A stretch of 64,000 nucleotides of DNA, taken from Bilabrum cf. latius. Its lineage: Eukaryota. Where the stretch lies: the NCBI GenBank assembly GCA_965178125.1, contig OZ237749.1:1054001-1118000 (forward strand), given 5' to 3'. The notes beneath the pieces are model-generated. The model made no database searches and was not told the DNA's origin. It saw only the letters and a list, made by a program, of their open reading frames with translations. Shown piece after piece: positions 1 to 12,986 of the stretch (within the stretch, counting starts at the first letter, position 1; each line of letters starts with the position of its first letter). The position numbers and the translations under genes were made by a program.

Positions 1-299
1 TGCAGAGCGCAGTGCAAGTCCCCCCGGAGGCGGCCCGTCGCCCTCGAGCTCCTCCCACAGGGCCTCCCCCTCGCTCAGGACGCCGTCTGCGGTAGCACTG
101 GGGGACGGGCGCATTCGGCTGGACGATGCGATGGCCACTGGGGGAGCAGGGCCAGATCCGGATGTCGGTAAGGGCAGGTCTTGAACGCAAATACCATTCA
201 TCGGATCCTCAAATTCCACGGATGCTCGCAACGGAACATATCATCTGTTCTAAAATCAATTGCACTCAACCAAAAGAAGAGACCGCATACAAGAACATT

Positions 300-369
300 T
301 CGGGCCAGCCCCTCATCTGGTTGCCCAGCTGCATGAACAGGCGCCGGCTCTGCGACGCAGACACGTGGC
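300..369 (-). pseudogene. 70-bp remnant of the HECT ligase gene
   Basis: Matches 24081-24150 (HVSASQS..LFMQLGNQMRGWP) and 12917-12986. Confidence 0.8.
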
Positions 370-743
370 TGCTGGGAAATCACCCAGTCTCCGCCCCACT
401 CCTGTTTACAGAGGAGGCATGGGCGTCATCGACAAGCAGTCCGTTGGCTCGATCGCACCGACCGGTGGAGAACACCGACTGAACCAAGCAAGACATTCCA
501 GCGCTCCCACAGCGACATCCACATGGACGCCCAGCTGGCGCTAGGATTCACAAGGCTCCTTGCGGCCGTCCATGCTGCGTCTCCTGCTGCGCCTCTCTCT
601 GGTCACTCCCCGGCTCCTCAGAGGAGTCCTCCATGCCGCCCCACGAACTCAAATACGAACACCTGCCGACACAGACAGAGACGGTCGCTGAAATCAGCAT
701 CACGAACTCCATTTCCCGACATTTCCCCACACGTTGCTACCTA

Positions 744-3700
744 TCAGTGCCACCATCGAGATATCTCGCTCCCACTGTCCTTGCCATCATATCCCATTAG
801 CTTTGGCTCTCCGTCATGGATCTCCAGAGCCACCGCCCACACGTCGTCATGGTCCCACAACGACTCACCATGCTTGTCAACGACGTGCAGCACCCCTCTC
901 ACGTCAAAGATCAGCGTGTACGGCCCCTCTCCCTCCCCGTACGTCCCGGTGTGCCAAACAGACTCCCCGTGCTTGTACAGCACCAGGTTGCCATCTCTCT
1001 GCATCTCCAGCCGCACACCGCTATCCACATGCGACCGAAGCGACTGGCCCTGGAGCAGCCGCTCACCGGGGAACATGGTTATGTGAACACCACCATGCTT
1101 CTTCGGCAGAACCTCCTCACAGTCCTAGTGGGCCTTCGGGTCGCACAACACGTCTCCTGGCTGGTAGTTGAGGCCGTCGAGGTCCGAGTTCCAGGTGCCG
1201 TAAAAATCCCAAGCCCCTATGCTGTTGAAGTTGTTCGTCCTGGTTGCCCAGATCCACTCCCCTGTGTGCCGGTACAGCACCACATTTCCATCAGACTACA
1301 CATCAAGCCTGTCAACAGGCCGTTTGGTGGAGCCCTCGATCCTCCACTTGACGTCCAGCTTGTTCTCGCCAAGGACCATGAGATCACCGTCCCCATCAAG
1401 AAGCAACGTGTGCGGCTGGTTCACCCCGTCGACGTGGTACTTGTCGCTGTCGTCGCTGCTGTCCCACAACGCCACGGTCTTGCGGTCACTAAATCCCCAC
1501 GGGTCGTAAGTCTCGTACAGAACGAGGTTGCCGTCGCTCTACATGCGCAGGTCCATGTCGTGCCAGTCACCGTCGTCGTCCGTGATGCCGTGCCTCCTGA
1601 GCGCGAACGGTGAGGCGATGCCCTGCCCCCTGCGTAGGTTGTCGTTCACGTCCTGCGATCGTATATCGCACTGCTCCATGTTGGTATTACTGCAGTCGTC
1701 TCGAGAGCGTGTACTGCTGGCACCGACACCAACTTGCAGCAGCGCGTCTGCCACCTAGTCCTGCTATGGACCAAACACCTTTCGCAAGGACTTCAGGGTC
1801 AGCTTCTTGGTGATCGTGTTCCTAGACTTGCGCAGCAACTTCATGCCCAGCTTTGACGCAAGGGTCTTGACCACGTCAATACCAGCCACCCGCTGCTTCT
1901 TAGCACGCTTGATGATTGACTTGAGAACATCTTCCTGGACGCCTCCAGCGTTTTTGAGCTGAGACACCAACTCTTGCTGCTGCTACTTCCCAAGACCCTC
2001 CCAGAGACCCAGAATCTCCCTATGCTTCGCAGCAGACTCCATGGCCAGCCTATCCGACTCCTTCACAATCTGCCCCCTCGACGCGCCACCAAACACAGCA
2101 ACATCCAGCAGTATGTCTGGGTCTGCTTTAGCCTCGTTGGCAACATCGATCACGGCGTCGACATAATCGACATCCACCATACGCCTATCGATGTCTACGA
2201 TTTCCAGTGCTTTTGCCCAAGCCAGGCTGTCCGCCGCGTCGTCAACGCTGCACCCCTTGCTCGCCATGGCCATGAGACTGTGGTGCGTGCCAACGTCCTG
2301 CAGAGCAACGAGCTTCGTGTAAGCTGCAAGATCGTCTGCAGCATCCATGGCCAGCAAACGCATTGGCTACAGCTCCTTGCTAGTCGCTACAACGGCCAGC
2401 ACATTCCCCTGAGGCGCGGCGAAGCCGCACGCTGCTGCCAGCTGGTACTGCCGGACGGCTTCCCGGGATTCTTGCATGGTCGCGCCAAAGTTCTTCAGCA
2501 TGATGTCGTCCACCACTGCAGCATCCAGACCCTGGTCCACAAGCTCCTGTCCGTACTTGAGCAGTGCATCCTGCTACCGGAACACGGCACCGACCTGCGT
2601 GAGGTCAAGGGCCGCTTGTCTGACGCGGTCTTCGCTGACAGCGAGCGCCTCTGCAGCGCCCTTCCACTCATTCGATGCATCAAGGTGCTAGAATGCACTC
2701 TTGTCCGCCTGAAGCACCTTGTCGTACTCTTCAGCCAAGTGACTCATATCAATGGTAGCACCGTCGGGACCAGTGATCGAGCTAGGCAGTGGCTGCATTT
2801 GCATCACGCCACCTTCCATGCTCTCCTTGAGCCAGGCTTCCCCTTGCAGTGGCGGTGCATGCTTCGGAGGGTTCAGAGCGTGAGGTGCATTGACGATGCT
2901 ATCTGCATCAGGGGCCTTGCCATCCTCCAGGTAGAGCTTGCCGTCTTGGCCGAGCACGTCGGTATTCTCGCCGTTTTCGACGAAGGTGTGCCTGTCTTCC
3001 AGGTCAAGATCCAAGGCGTCATCCACCTTACTATTCGAGTCATCCAGCACCAGCTTTGCAGTGCCGTCCTCGTCGATTTGCGTCTCAATTACGATGACAT
3101 CATCGCCGTCTCGCTAGGAGAGCCGCTTCTGAAGGTCCTCTACATGCCGGTCTGACAGCCCTCCCACGCTGCCCTTGGCGTTGGGATCCGTAGGTCCTAC
3201 TTCCATCAGCTCCTTGACACTGCTCTCGTCTAGCTGGAACTCCGGTGCTGGCACGGCGTCCTCAGCATCCACGCCAGGCTTCCTCCTGAGAGTTGCGGGG
3301 TCAGGCAGGGTACTCAACTCCTCGAGGTTGTCATACAGCTCTTCAATGTAGTCGATAGTACTATCGCCAGGCTCCAGGCCCATACGCTTGTACTCTCTCG
3401 CGAGATCTTCCGGTGATGCTTCGTCGTACAGCATCTGCCACTCCCTGCGCGCCTGTGGTATTGCGGCGTCCGCGGCATCTCTCGCCTAGCGAATCTGTGT
3501 CGGTGAAGCATCTGTGAGAAGCACATGCTTGCTGATGTACTCCAAGTCTGCGCCCATGGCATCTGCGGAATCCAGCAGCTCCACGGCGTGATTGAGACGG
3601 AAGGCTTCAGCCTCTTGCAAAGCCAGCCGCTTTCCCGTCTCGAAGACGGCGTCAGACTGGGTATCGACAACCTGGCGAAGACAGGCGGAATTCGCAAAGG

Positions 3701-6700
3701 GAAGGTACGTGGGATCAAGTACAAGTCGGGCATCTTGCAAACGCTTGGCCACGGCCGTCAACTCCCCAGTGTTGAACCGGTGCTTCAGGGATCCCACGAC
3801 ATCCTGCACGTCCCAGCACGCGACGGTCCATGGCATTTCCATCGCATTGAAATATACACCTAGCTGAGCCGCTGTGAACGTGTCGAGCTCCTTCTGCAGT
3901 TGTGCTGTAGACGTGCCGAACTGGACCTTGAGGAATGTGTCCTTGTCAATGCCTTTCGAGGCCGCCTCATCCGCGTACTTGGACATGTACACATACCTGT
4001 CACCCGTGGCCATGATGCGGTTCATGGAGGAAGCGAACGAGTGGGTGATTTCTGGATCCATCCCTTCCTAAAAAGAGCGACTGTCGATCTTGGCCTACAA
4101 CTTGCGGTTGGCCTTCAACATCTCGTCGTATTCGTCAGCCAGGTGGCTCAAGTCCAGCACAATCTCCTCCCCGGCGTCATTCACGACCTGGTATTCCCTC
4201 GGCAGCGACTGCAGGTCTGCGATCTGGAAAGATCTCTGGTCGACGGGCGCCCTTTGCATCTTGACCTTTTGGGAGTTCACCGAGCGCATGGCACCCCTTC
4301 GCTTAGGCCCCGTGGTTGCAAGGCCATCCGAGCCTGCGTAACCCTCCACAATGGTGGGCTCCCCGTGCTTGATCGTGGAAGTGCCCTCGGCTAGCATTTC
4401 GTCATTTAGCCGCCCCGAGGCCATCTCATCAGCAACCTTGCTCCTGAAGGCCATCTCGCTCAAGAACTCACCATCCTCTACAGAGCCACCCATGTCCTTC
4501 CGCACCCTGTCCATGAGCACCTCCTGCATTTCATCCCACTCACCCACGTCGAATTGCACTGACTGCAGGAGTTCTTTGCGCTTTTGGGCTACCTTCGCCT
4601 CTACTTTCTTGAGCCGCTTGGCCACCGCAGCAGGGTCTGCCTCAACTCCAATGTACTTCAGCGCGATGGAGGGGTCTGCTCCCATGTCAGTGGCGCCGTC
4701 AACAAACACGCTCGCGGCGCTTAGCATGGTTGCTTCGTACTCCAGATCGGCGAGCTCAGAGGCGTGCTTGAAGGCAAGGTTATCAGCGGGCGGGTTGGAT
4801 GCTAGCGGGCTCTTGACCTACATGTACTTGAGGGTCATAGAGTGCGATACATCCACATCAATCCCGAGCGGGTTGATTGGCATGAAGAGGTCATCCAACC
4901 CCTCCCGGAAGGCATCGAATTTACCATTGGCATCAAGCTCCAGGCCTGCACTCCACTCGAATGGCTGGCCAGGCTTCCTCGGACTGCTACGCGTGTAGGT
5001 GCCGGGGCGCACAAAGATACTATCAACGTCCTTCTTGGGCACTCCCTGGATGGGTGATACCTACCACAGCATGGCCATTGCGTAGGCATCGTCCGCCTGC
5101 CGCGCCTGAGACAGAGTCATGCCCACGTGCTGCTTCAGAATTGCGTCCGCGTCTAGCCCTTGCGCCGCCAGAGCATCACCGTACTCGACAATGGCGTGCT
5201 GCCTCGCAAAGTTCGCATTCAGCTCAATGCTCTGCTTGGCCAGGTGCCGCTGCTCCTCAAGGGGCTAGGCACCGATCTTGCCGGTGGAGGGGAAGGTGGC
5301 CCCATCCATGGCCTCATAGTACTTCTTGTTCATGGCAAGATCGCCATCCAGGTTATCTAGCAGCCTGCCGAGGTCGAGCTGTACCCCGTCAGGCGTCTTG
5401 ACCTTGCGGGGCAGAGAAGGCACCTAGAGATCTGTGATGGATGTCGTGGGAGGGGCAGATCCCACTTTGGCCTTGGGCACCGGCTTGGACTTGGCACCGA
5501 GCGGCCGCTACGGTACCCCTACCGCGTCAGGGTCGGGCTTGCTCTTGTACCCGGGCACGATTGCGTCATCAGCCGGGCGAGAGCTTCCACTACCGATGGT
5601 TTTGCTCTTCTTGTACGGCGCTACTCCGTCTACGACGTCGTCAAGTCCCTTCTGAAACAAATCGTCAATCTATTTGCTGGCGGCTGACTGACCAGGCGCC
5701 TTGAGCGGGGCATCAAGAGATCGAATCAGATGTGTTTTTATGGCCTGCTCCCCTGCTTGCTGCACCACATCTTTGATCACCCCCGTGCCGGCCTTCTAGG
5801 TGCTCTTCCGCAGCACCTTGGAAACTGCCTGCTTGCCGCCATAATGGGCGAGGATGCCTAAAGACTTTCCAAAGTTGGCCAGCTCCATCGGGGTTGCCGC
5901 GGCGTTCTTGAACACCACCCAAGGGGCCTTCACCACAAACTTGCCCACTTTCATGCCCCCCTTGACGGCCCCAATCACGGCAGTCTTGCAGACTCCCAGA
6001 ACTCCGAGCTATTTCGCCCGCGCAGGAGACTTCGCGAACACCTTGGCCAACTTTTTAGCCCCTACCTTGACGCCTACGGCCCCGTGCTTGAGACCTCTAG
6101 CCACCTTGATAGCCGCCGACTTCACACTCTTTGCCACGATTTTGATCATGGAACCGATGTCCTTGGCAGCACCTTTTGCCCCAGCACGCGCAACGTACCT
6201 GGCCAGCTGCACCGGAGACATGACGACTTTCGACGCCGTCTTGAGCGCGCTCTTCGCACCAGCCAACAAGGTGGCTTTTGCCATCTTTATGGCCGCCTTG
6301 GCTCCAAACTTGACCGTGTACTTTGCCACCGCGTACGACCCGCCCGTCAATAGAGACAGGACAACGTCGCCCACTAGCTCAGAGACAAACTGACTCAGGA
6401 ACTTGGACCACTGAAAGAAACTGTCCCCACTCGCAGGGTTGAAGCGAGTCCAGGCCGACCCGTACAGCGAGTAGTCGGAGAGCACCGCATGCGGCCACTC
6501 GTCGTCCTCTTCGTGCCACTCCGCCGTGTTGGTCCGAAACACGGGCTCCTGCCCTGCAGCGAAGAGCACTACATTACCATCCCACTGCAGGTGGAGTTTC
6601 CAGCGAGGGAAGCTGTGCGCAGGGGATGTCACAAGGAACACCTCCGCAGGGGAAGAAAATGCAGCCGTGATACCCCTGTCAAACACATCTGCAATCAGGG

Positions 6701-8777
6701 TTGTGGGCGACATGACCTTGTCCATTGCTCCCAGCTTGTCGGGAGTAACGAGAGTGTTGTAGAGCTGGAGGCTATCCACAAACCACAGGATCTGTCCGCC
6801 CCCATCCACGATTGCCAACTCGGCCATAGACGTCATCACGAGGGCGTATGGGCCCTTCTGCTTAGCCCTACGCTCTTTGATTTCATCTGTGTCATCCTCG
6901 TGAGAATACGATTTGTACGTGAAGCTACTCCACACGGCCTTATTCCTACCAAGGTACAGGACCAGATTGCCGTCGGTCTACATGGTTAGCCGACCCAGCG
7001 GCACCTCGAGCGACTTGCCCTCCCTCAGGATCTAGCCCGAATGCATCGATTCAGAGCCCTCGGGCACATCCTCGCACTGGTCAAGCTGCTGCACGGTACA
7101 CGTGGGGCTGAACGGATTGTCTGTGCGCGCCCTGAACCTGATGAGCCTCTGCCCATGCTTGCCCAGTGGATTCGTAACAGAATCACCGGGGACTGTCACC
7201 GTGCTCCAAACCATGTGCGGATCTGCCATGGTGGCCTGCACGGCAGCTGCTTCAGTGCATGGGTCCCTCGGGTGCCTCGTGTCTGCGCGGTACACGTTGA
7301 AGTTCACCTGGGAGTCCTCCCAGTCGCCGTCGTTCGGCCTCCGCTTGACTCCCACAACGGTAGCGCATGTGATAGGTCCCGCGTCTCCCGTATCCTCACG
7401 CCAAGTTACAGCTCCATCCCCATCGATGAGGGTCAGATCGCCCGCAGACGTCAAGACAAGGGCGTAAGGGCCATTCCTGTCGCTCTCGTCTGTCACTGAC
7501 GTTTCGGTGGACCAAAGGGGGCGATATGGATGCTACTCCAGCTCCTTGGCAAGGTCTCGGTCCTGGTTATCCCTGCATTTGCACACGACCCCGGGGGTGG
7601 CGCAGTTGTAGGCGCCTCCTTTGATCTCCATCTTGCTAGAGTAAAACTTGTCCTCGTCCTCGTCATACCACGCCGAGCAAGAAGTCTCCCGCATATAGAG
7701 CATCAGGTTGCCATCCGACTGCACCGTAAGCTTCGTGTCAACGACGTTGAGGTACGGTACCCCACTGCGGGTGGGTATCTCAAAATCGGCTGCAAAGTCA
7801 AGCACTACGTTGAGGCCTTTGCGGAGGCCCTGCAGGAAATTCCCATCCACCGTCATGGTGGTGATGACCCTCCGCAAGGAGTGGCCCTGCGTAATCAGCT
7901 GCCCGGGACGGAGGGATGATGCAGAATCCCCCACGTCTTCGCACACCGTGACATCCCCCTCACCGCAGAAGCCCATGCCGTCTTGGCGCATCAGGTCCAC
8001 CATCCAGTGCGTGCTCCAAAAATCCTGACTGTAGCCGCGGCGCAGCTTGGTGTAGCGCTCCCACCCGTTCATATCTTCAAGGCTCTACCAGCCAAAGTCC
8101 ATGAGCAGATCTGCCCACTCGGACTTGATCTCAGTGCGCGTTTCCCAGATGACGCGGTGCTGCTAGTCCTGGATCTCAAGGTTGCCCCGCTTTGTGATGT
8201 GAAGCCTCTTGATACGGCCCGCCGCAGAGGCGGAGCGAGACCATATCTCCTGCAACTGACCGGCTTCTTTTGCGGCAGCGAGTGCCTGAAGGACGTTGTC
8301 GTCGTCATGGCCGTGCACCGCTGCCCGAAGAATCACGAGGTCCCCCTCCGACGTTAACATCAGCGCAAACTGGCCATGACCCCCGTCCTGATTGGAGTTC
8401 GAGCTCCATATTGGACTGTTCATCCCATCGAAATGCTCGAAAAGCTCCAGGTTGCCGTTCCCTTGGACGCACAGTTTGGCAAAGACTCCGTGAGCATCCC
8501 GAATGTGGGATTGCAAACAGCCAGACTGTTTGAGCACCTCACCAGGCAAAAGATCGCTGCTTTCGCCATTACTCTTCGCCTCCTTGCATCCAGATAGATC
8601 CTCTGAATCGCAATGCGAAGCCGAGGCGATGTGCCGATTCCGTCTGGCTCTTTGCCCTAAGCGTCCACTTCTGGCATCCAGCGAGAGAAACTCCTTCAGA
8701 TTCGCCGCATCCACCATGTAGAGCATCACAATTGAAATTGCAATGTAGCTCGAAACTTGTCCTAGGCGGCCTGACAT
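744..8777 (-). CDS. Giant secreted bulb-type (B-)lectin domain protein, copy 1 (~2677 aa with TAG=Gln, no introns needed)
   Basis: All long minus-strand ORF pieces from 8163-8786 to 744-1076 share one frame. The gaps hold only TAG (26 counted), no TAA or TGA. ATG 8777 opens a signal-peptide-like MSGRLGQVSSYIAISIVMLYMVDA, and the frame ends at TGA 744-746. Lectin motifs: QSDGNLMLY, *TDGNLVLY, QWDGNVVLF (N-terminal) and *SDGNLVLY, *SDGNVVLY, QRDGNLVLY (C-terminal). Confidence 0.88.
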
Positions 8778-9066
8778 CCTTCGCAACCGAAATCTGCAGA
8801 TCGAATGGCTCGGTTGTCCGAAAGGTAGACTTTTAGGGATGTTTTAAAACCGTGATAAACGTGAACTTGTTTGGATATTACAGGCTATGCTTTTTGAGCT
8901 CTGTTTCGGTTGAGGCCGGGGTGTACTACTTCTCACAAGAAGAGCTTGGTATGGCCGCGGCGCCGGCGGCGGCCTGATTTCTTTACAAAATTAAACTACA
9001 CGAGAAGGGAAGATCAATGCTAGAAAAATCGATCACCGATTCACTAAACCATTCTTTTGGCTACAC

Positions 9067-9073
9067 ATTGGCC
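9067..9073 (-). promoter_or_regulatory. Possible CCAAT box upstream of the lectin gene (also at 21677-21683)
   Basis: GGCCAAT on the minus strand, ~260-290 nt upstream of the ATG, in a block conserved between both copies next to a diverged segment. Confidence 0.35.
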
Positions 9074-9340
9074 ATTGACGGCGCCTAATGAAGATAGGAA
9101 AGTCGTGTTGGGTGGGATGTACATTGGGGATTGGGAACACTTGTTTTCGCCCACCATCTTGCCAAACACGCGAAGGCAGGGAAGACAACACAAAGCGCTT
9201 GCTTTCATTGGGCCCTAGTCCCCCCCTTCCAATCGCCTCGTCACCTCATCCAGTAAATCTATCTCTATGGAAGCTTTTACACGGTGAACTCCACCAATCA
9301 TGTCCTGCACTAATCTTCCACCCGCCTGGTGAACCATCTC

Positions 9341-11513
9341 CAGGCCTGTACAACTTATAAAGTATGATATTAGTAGCTCCAAGGGCCGAAATCAGCGTAT
9401 AAGTGGCATTTTCAAACTTGATTTGCAGGGTAACCCGGAGGTTTCGTGAGTAAATAATAGTAGAAATTCAATATTTAATAGATGAAATATTGTCTTGTGC
9501 GGTGCTTGCCCCGCAATATGGCGTGGAAGTCTCGAGAGTGAACTCCACGTAGGCGTGCTCCCGAGCCGCGCTCCCGTCACGTGCCTGGGCCCAAACGCTC
9601 TGTCACAGGCATCGTGTGCGGCATCGAAGGCCCCCAAGTGCTTCAATTAAGAATAATTGAATCATTTCTGTCCCCCGATTTGTCTTGACTTGTATTGGTG
9701 CAGCAAAATCTAGTATCCTCCAGCGCCAGTTGGAATTCGGCGGCCGTTCATTTACACCGATGTGGGAGATGGTTACGCCACAGAAGAGACTCCAATATCA
9801 TTATATCGCCGTTTGTGTGCTCAGTCGTGTCACTCTCGACACGTTCGGGCTTGGCTACGGCTGGGACAGCTGATGGCTTCCGTGCCCGTGTCTACAGCTC
9901 AGGTGGAAGGGACGGTTGCACGGATTGGAAACGCTCTCGAAATGAAAGGAGCAGTATGCCATTGCACATGATTACACATGAGTGCGTGCAGAAGGCTAAT
10001 GAGCGACTAAAGCTAGCAATCCTCGCCGTAGCCGACCATGGCGAGAGCTCACTTACGCGAAGGCATACATCGCCTAGACCTTCAAGGCGATGTACAGCAG
10101 CACGATGAAGGCCGCGGTTACACACCCAAATGGTGATGATGCAAAGGGGTGCGACAGGGATGATGAGAGCAGCGACTCCGATTAGAATGAGCTTGTTCTC
10201 GGCGGCGGTCGCCCGTAACAAAGTATGTCTCTCGACACTGTGTCAAAGATAACTGGATCTGCTGATCAAGGTAACTCGGTACGAGCCTTAGGAAGCAGTA
10301 GTGTGCCTCTAGGTAGAGCTTGTCTTTCTCCGGCCACTTTCAAGCTTGGGAACAAGCGCTCCCGCCGAAATCTACACCTTTTTGTGACCTCGGACTTGGT
10401 GATGGCAGCTGTCTACAGATTCCGGGGACGAATACGAAAACGCCGCAGCGGGGTTCAGGAAGAGCTGTGTCGACGATGAGAATGCCGACCTGTGCGTGGG
10501 TGAGGCCGAGCCACCATCATTAGATGACAACCTGAATGGGGAACGACTGGGTGAGGGAGGCTGAGGTCGTGGGCTGGTCACAGCGCTTAGGCGAGTCGAC
10601 AAGTCGTGTGGCATGATTGAGGTGAACGAACGGGGGGTGGATGGAATGGAGGAAAGGTGGACGGGGTGGACGGGGTGGATGAAGCATGGGGCACAGACAG
10701 GGCATGAATGTAAGAAGGGACGGTGGGGACCGGAGGGGTTCCGGATTAGGATGGGGGGTAGGAGAGGATACAATCTCCCCATCCAGATGCCGTCATCGGA
10801 AGGATCGGCAGTCACAGATAAGTCGGACGCGGTGCCACAGCCATTGGCGACAAGAGAGCGAGATGGAGGACTCTGAACTGCTGTACACAAAGGCGTGATG
10901 CAGAGGTGGTTACTCTCGCGCCAGAGCCGGGTCGGGTGCGTCTACAGGATGGAACGATGGTGAGACCAACGAGTCTGGCTCAGTTCCTTGAGCTCCATGC
11001 CCGGAACGGAACGTGGGAAGACACGATCCACGTCGATGCGCTCGCAACGGTAAAGGAGGGGTATTGGTCTACAAGACGGTCCGATCGTTCAGAGACGTAC
11101 CTGTTGGGTCTAAGGAGGTCGGCGTCGAGTACGATGGAGGTAGCTACACGTCTATTCCTGGGCGCAATTCCAGAGTGCGTGAGATGGCACGCTACATGCG
11201 AGATCGACTGGCATTCAGGGGCTGTCGGTAAGACAGGTGGCGTGGTGGAGAACGTCGGCCAGGAGTCACCAGGTCGGCCTCTAAGGCGGCCACAGTGCAT
11301 ATATTTTTGCAATTGAATGCTAGAATCCAAAGGATACAGGTGGGCAAACACTATAGTGTACATAGAACAAGGTTTTAGTCACTGTAGAGCCAGGGAACAG
11401 TGTCCAAAGATATAAGTGTCCGCAGAGGCCAAAAACAGTACATAGGATGCCTTTATAAGTTTCCTACTAATATGTTCGAACTCTGTTTTGACCACATAAG
11501 GTGTACAGGCCTG
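9341..11513. mobile_element. hAT-type DNA transposon, probably non-autonomous (2173 bp)
   Basis: 18-bp TIRs CAGGCCTGTACA(A/C)CTTAT at 9341-9358 and 11496-11513 (1 mismatch). 8-bp TSD ACCATCTC at 9333-9340 and 11514-11521. The flanks are contiguous at the empty paralogous site near 22680 (ACCATCAC). No recognisable transposase. Confidence 0.88.
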
Positions 11514-11759
11514 ACCATCTCGCCCCCCACCTCCCTCGTCTTTCCCACCCATCAGAACCGCCGCTCCTGGTCGTGCCTCGCTGGACTTGCTCCACGACCG
11601 CTCACTACCCCCCTTCGCTGCGTCGCACATGCTCCTGCACCTCGAGCGGGTACTGCGCCCAACGCAAGACCTCAATCTCAAAGACCTCGATGGCCTCACC
11701 AGCAAAAAAGAAAGAGCTTGCAAGAACACATCACCCTCGAATCCCACCCACATAGCCGA

Positions 11760-12986
11760 TCATGCCACTGCGATCACCCCGTTGGCGCCGTGCATGGCCG
11801 CCAGCAGCTTCTCCCGCATGATCTTCTCCGTGGAGTACTCGGGCAGCTCGATCTAGAAGAAGCACGTGTGCGCGATAGGCAGTGCTCTGTCGCCCAGGTT
11901 GCGCAGCCTCGTGTTGGCCATCTTGCCCACCTTGAAGTTCCTCTCCGACTGGGCACCCTAGGGGGGCAGCTGCGATCGGCCCCACGAGAACTGGATGAAG
12001 AGAGACCTCTCCTTGGAAGAGAAGTTCTCCAGCACATTCTTCAGGCGCTGGATGACCGGGTGTGTCTTGCTCAAGCCATTGATGAAGGTGATGTGGTCCC
12101 ACATGTGGTCAACATCTCTGGTCCACGTTGATGTCCTTCTCTCCGCACGCGGCCGTCTCGCGAGCTGAACAAGAGTCCCGCCCGACCTGTGCGCCTCCCA
12201 CACGAGTGCGGCCGTAGACAAGTGTCGCAGCACCCCCGGCAAGGCTTGCGAGCGCTTGTTGCGGATGGCCACTGCAATCAAAATACCAGCGGCCTCGAAG
12301 GCGCGCATGGCCGCGGGGTGCGTGGCGGCTGGGTTGACGATGAACGTCGACCCTCCCTCGAGCGAGTCGGACGGCTTGTGCCGCCTGAAGCGCAGGCGCC
12401 GCCAAATGGGCCTTGATACCGTCCAAAGATGGATGAGCCTTCGCATTGTAATGCGAAACGCCACGAGGTTGTGTGCGGCTGGCATACTTCAGCAGGTGCT
12501 TTTTCCACTCATGGCTGCCTCGACGGAAGAGAAGGTTCAGATATCAGCTTTAAACTCAACTCGTCTTATACGCCTCCTGCACTTGGTGTATGTTACTTTG
12601 TGCTGCATGCGTCTCTACTTCTGCGCTGGTTGGTGCGCGTGCTCCCAACAAGGTGCCACGATTCCAGCGCCACATCTCCACGGTCCGATCAAACCGGAAC
12701 TCTCCGCGCGCTCCGACTCCCAATTTGAAACATGCCAAGAACACGATGAGCATGGACGGGTCGAACATGTTCATCACGCTCTGGGACATTGCCTCGCGGT
12801 ACAACCCGCCTGCGTCGATGCCGTCCTCGTCCACCGTGTCGCCCCGGGTGTTGAAGGTCTGGAACACCACCGTGAACAGCTTCTGGTTGCCGTCCAGAGG
12901 GGCCCGCAGGTGCTTGTCGGGCCAGCCCCTCATCTGGTTGCCCAGCTGCATGAACAGGCGCCGGCTCTGGGACGCAGACACGTGGC
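11760..12986 (-). pseudogene. Degenerate 3' copy of the HECT ligase gene
   Basis: Aligns to 22925-24150 with two internal deletions, a ~13-nt frameshifting insertion near 12107-12120 and ~360 bp of unrelated sequence at 12379-12738. No 5' part. Confidence 0.88.

Larger units (their letters stand above)
300..9104. repeat. Segmental duplication unit 1 (HECT fragment + lectin gene + promoter)
   Basis: Direct repeat of 12917-21714. Both units share the same HECT/non-HECT junction (gacacgtggc|tgctggg) at 369 and 12986. Confidence 0.93.

Noticed and set aside
1125-1127. TAG aligned to TGG (13742), suggesting TAG=Trp; also TAG 14666 vs AGG 2019 and TAG 61570 vs AAG
   Set aside because: These are isolated cases in diverged patches with neighbouring amino-acid changes. 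Four CAG/TAG pairs and several conserved-Gln motifs outweigh them.
816-3155. Long plus-strand ORFs (816-1613, 1974-3155 and equivalents such as 22739-24274, 45678-47051, 52209-53870)
   Set aside because: These are antisense shadows of real GC-rich genes, with no motifs of their own.
6978-6980. TAGs removed as tiny introns, or decoded as pyrrolysine or by programmed readthrough
   Set aside because: The TAGs lie inside ungapped conserved motifs with no consistent GT donor or shared downstream context. They are far too numerous per gene for leaky readthrough.
9359-11495. Transposase gene inside the hAT-type element
   Set aside because: I saw no long frame in the ORF track and no recognisable BED finger, DDE or hAT dimerisation motif.
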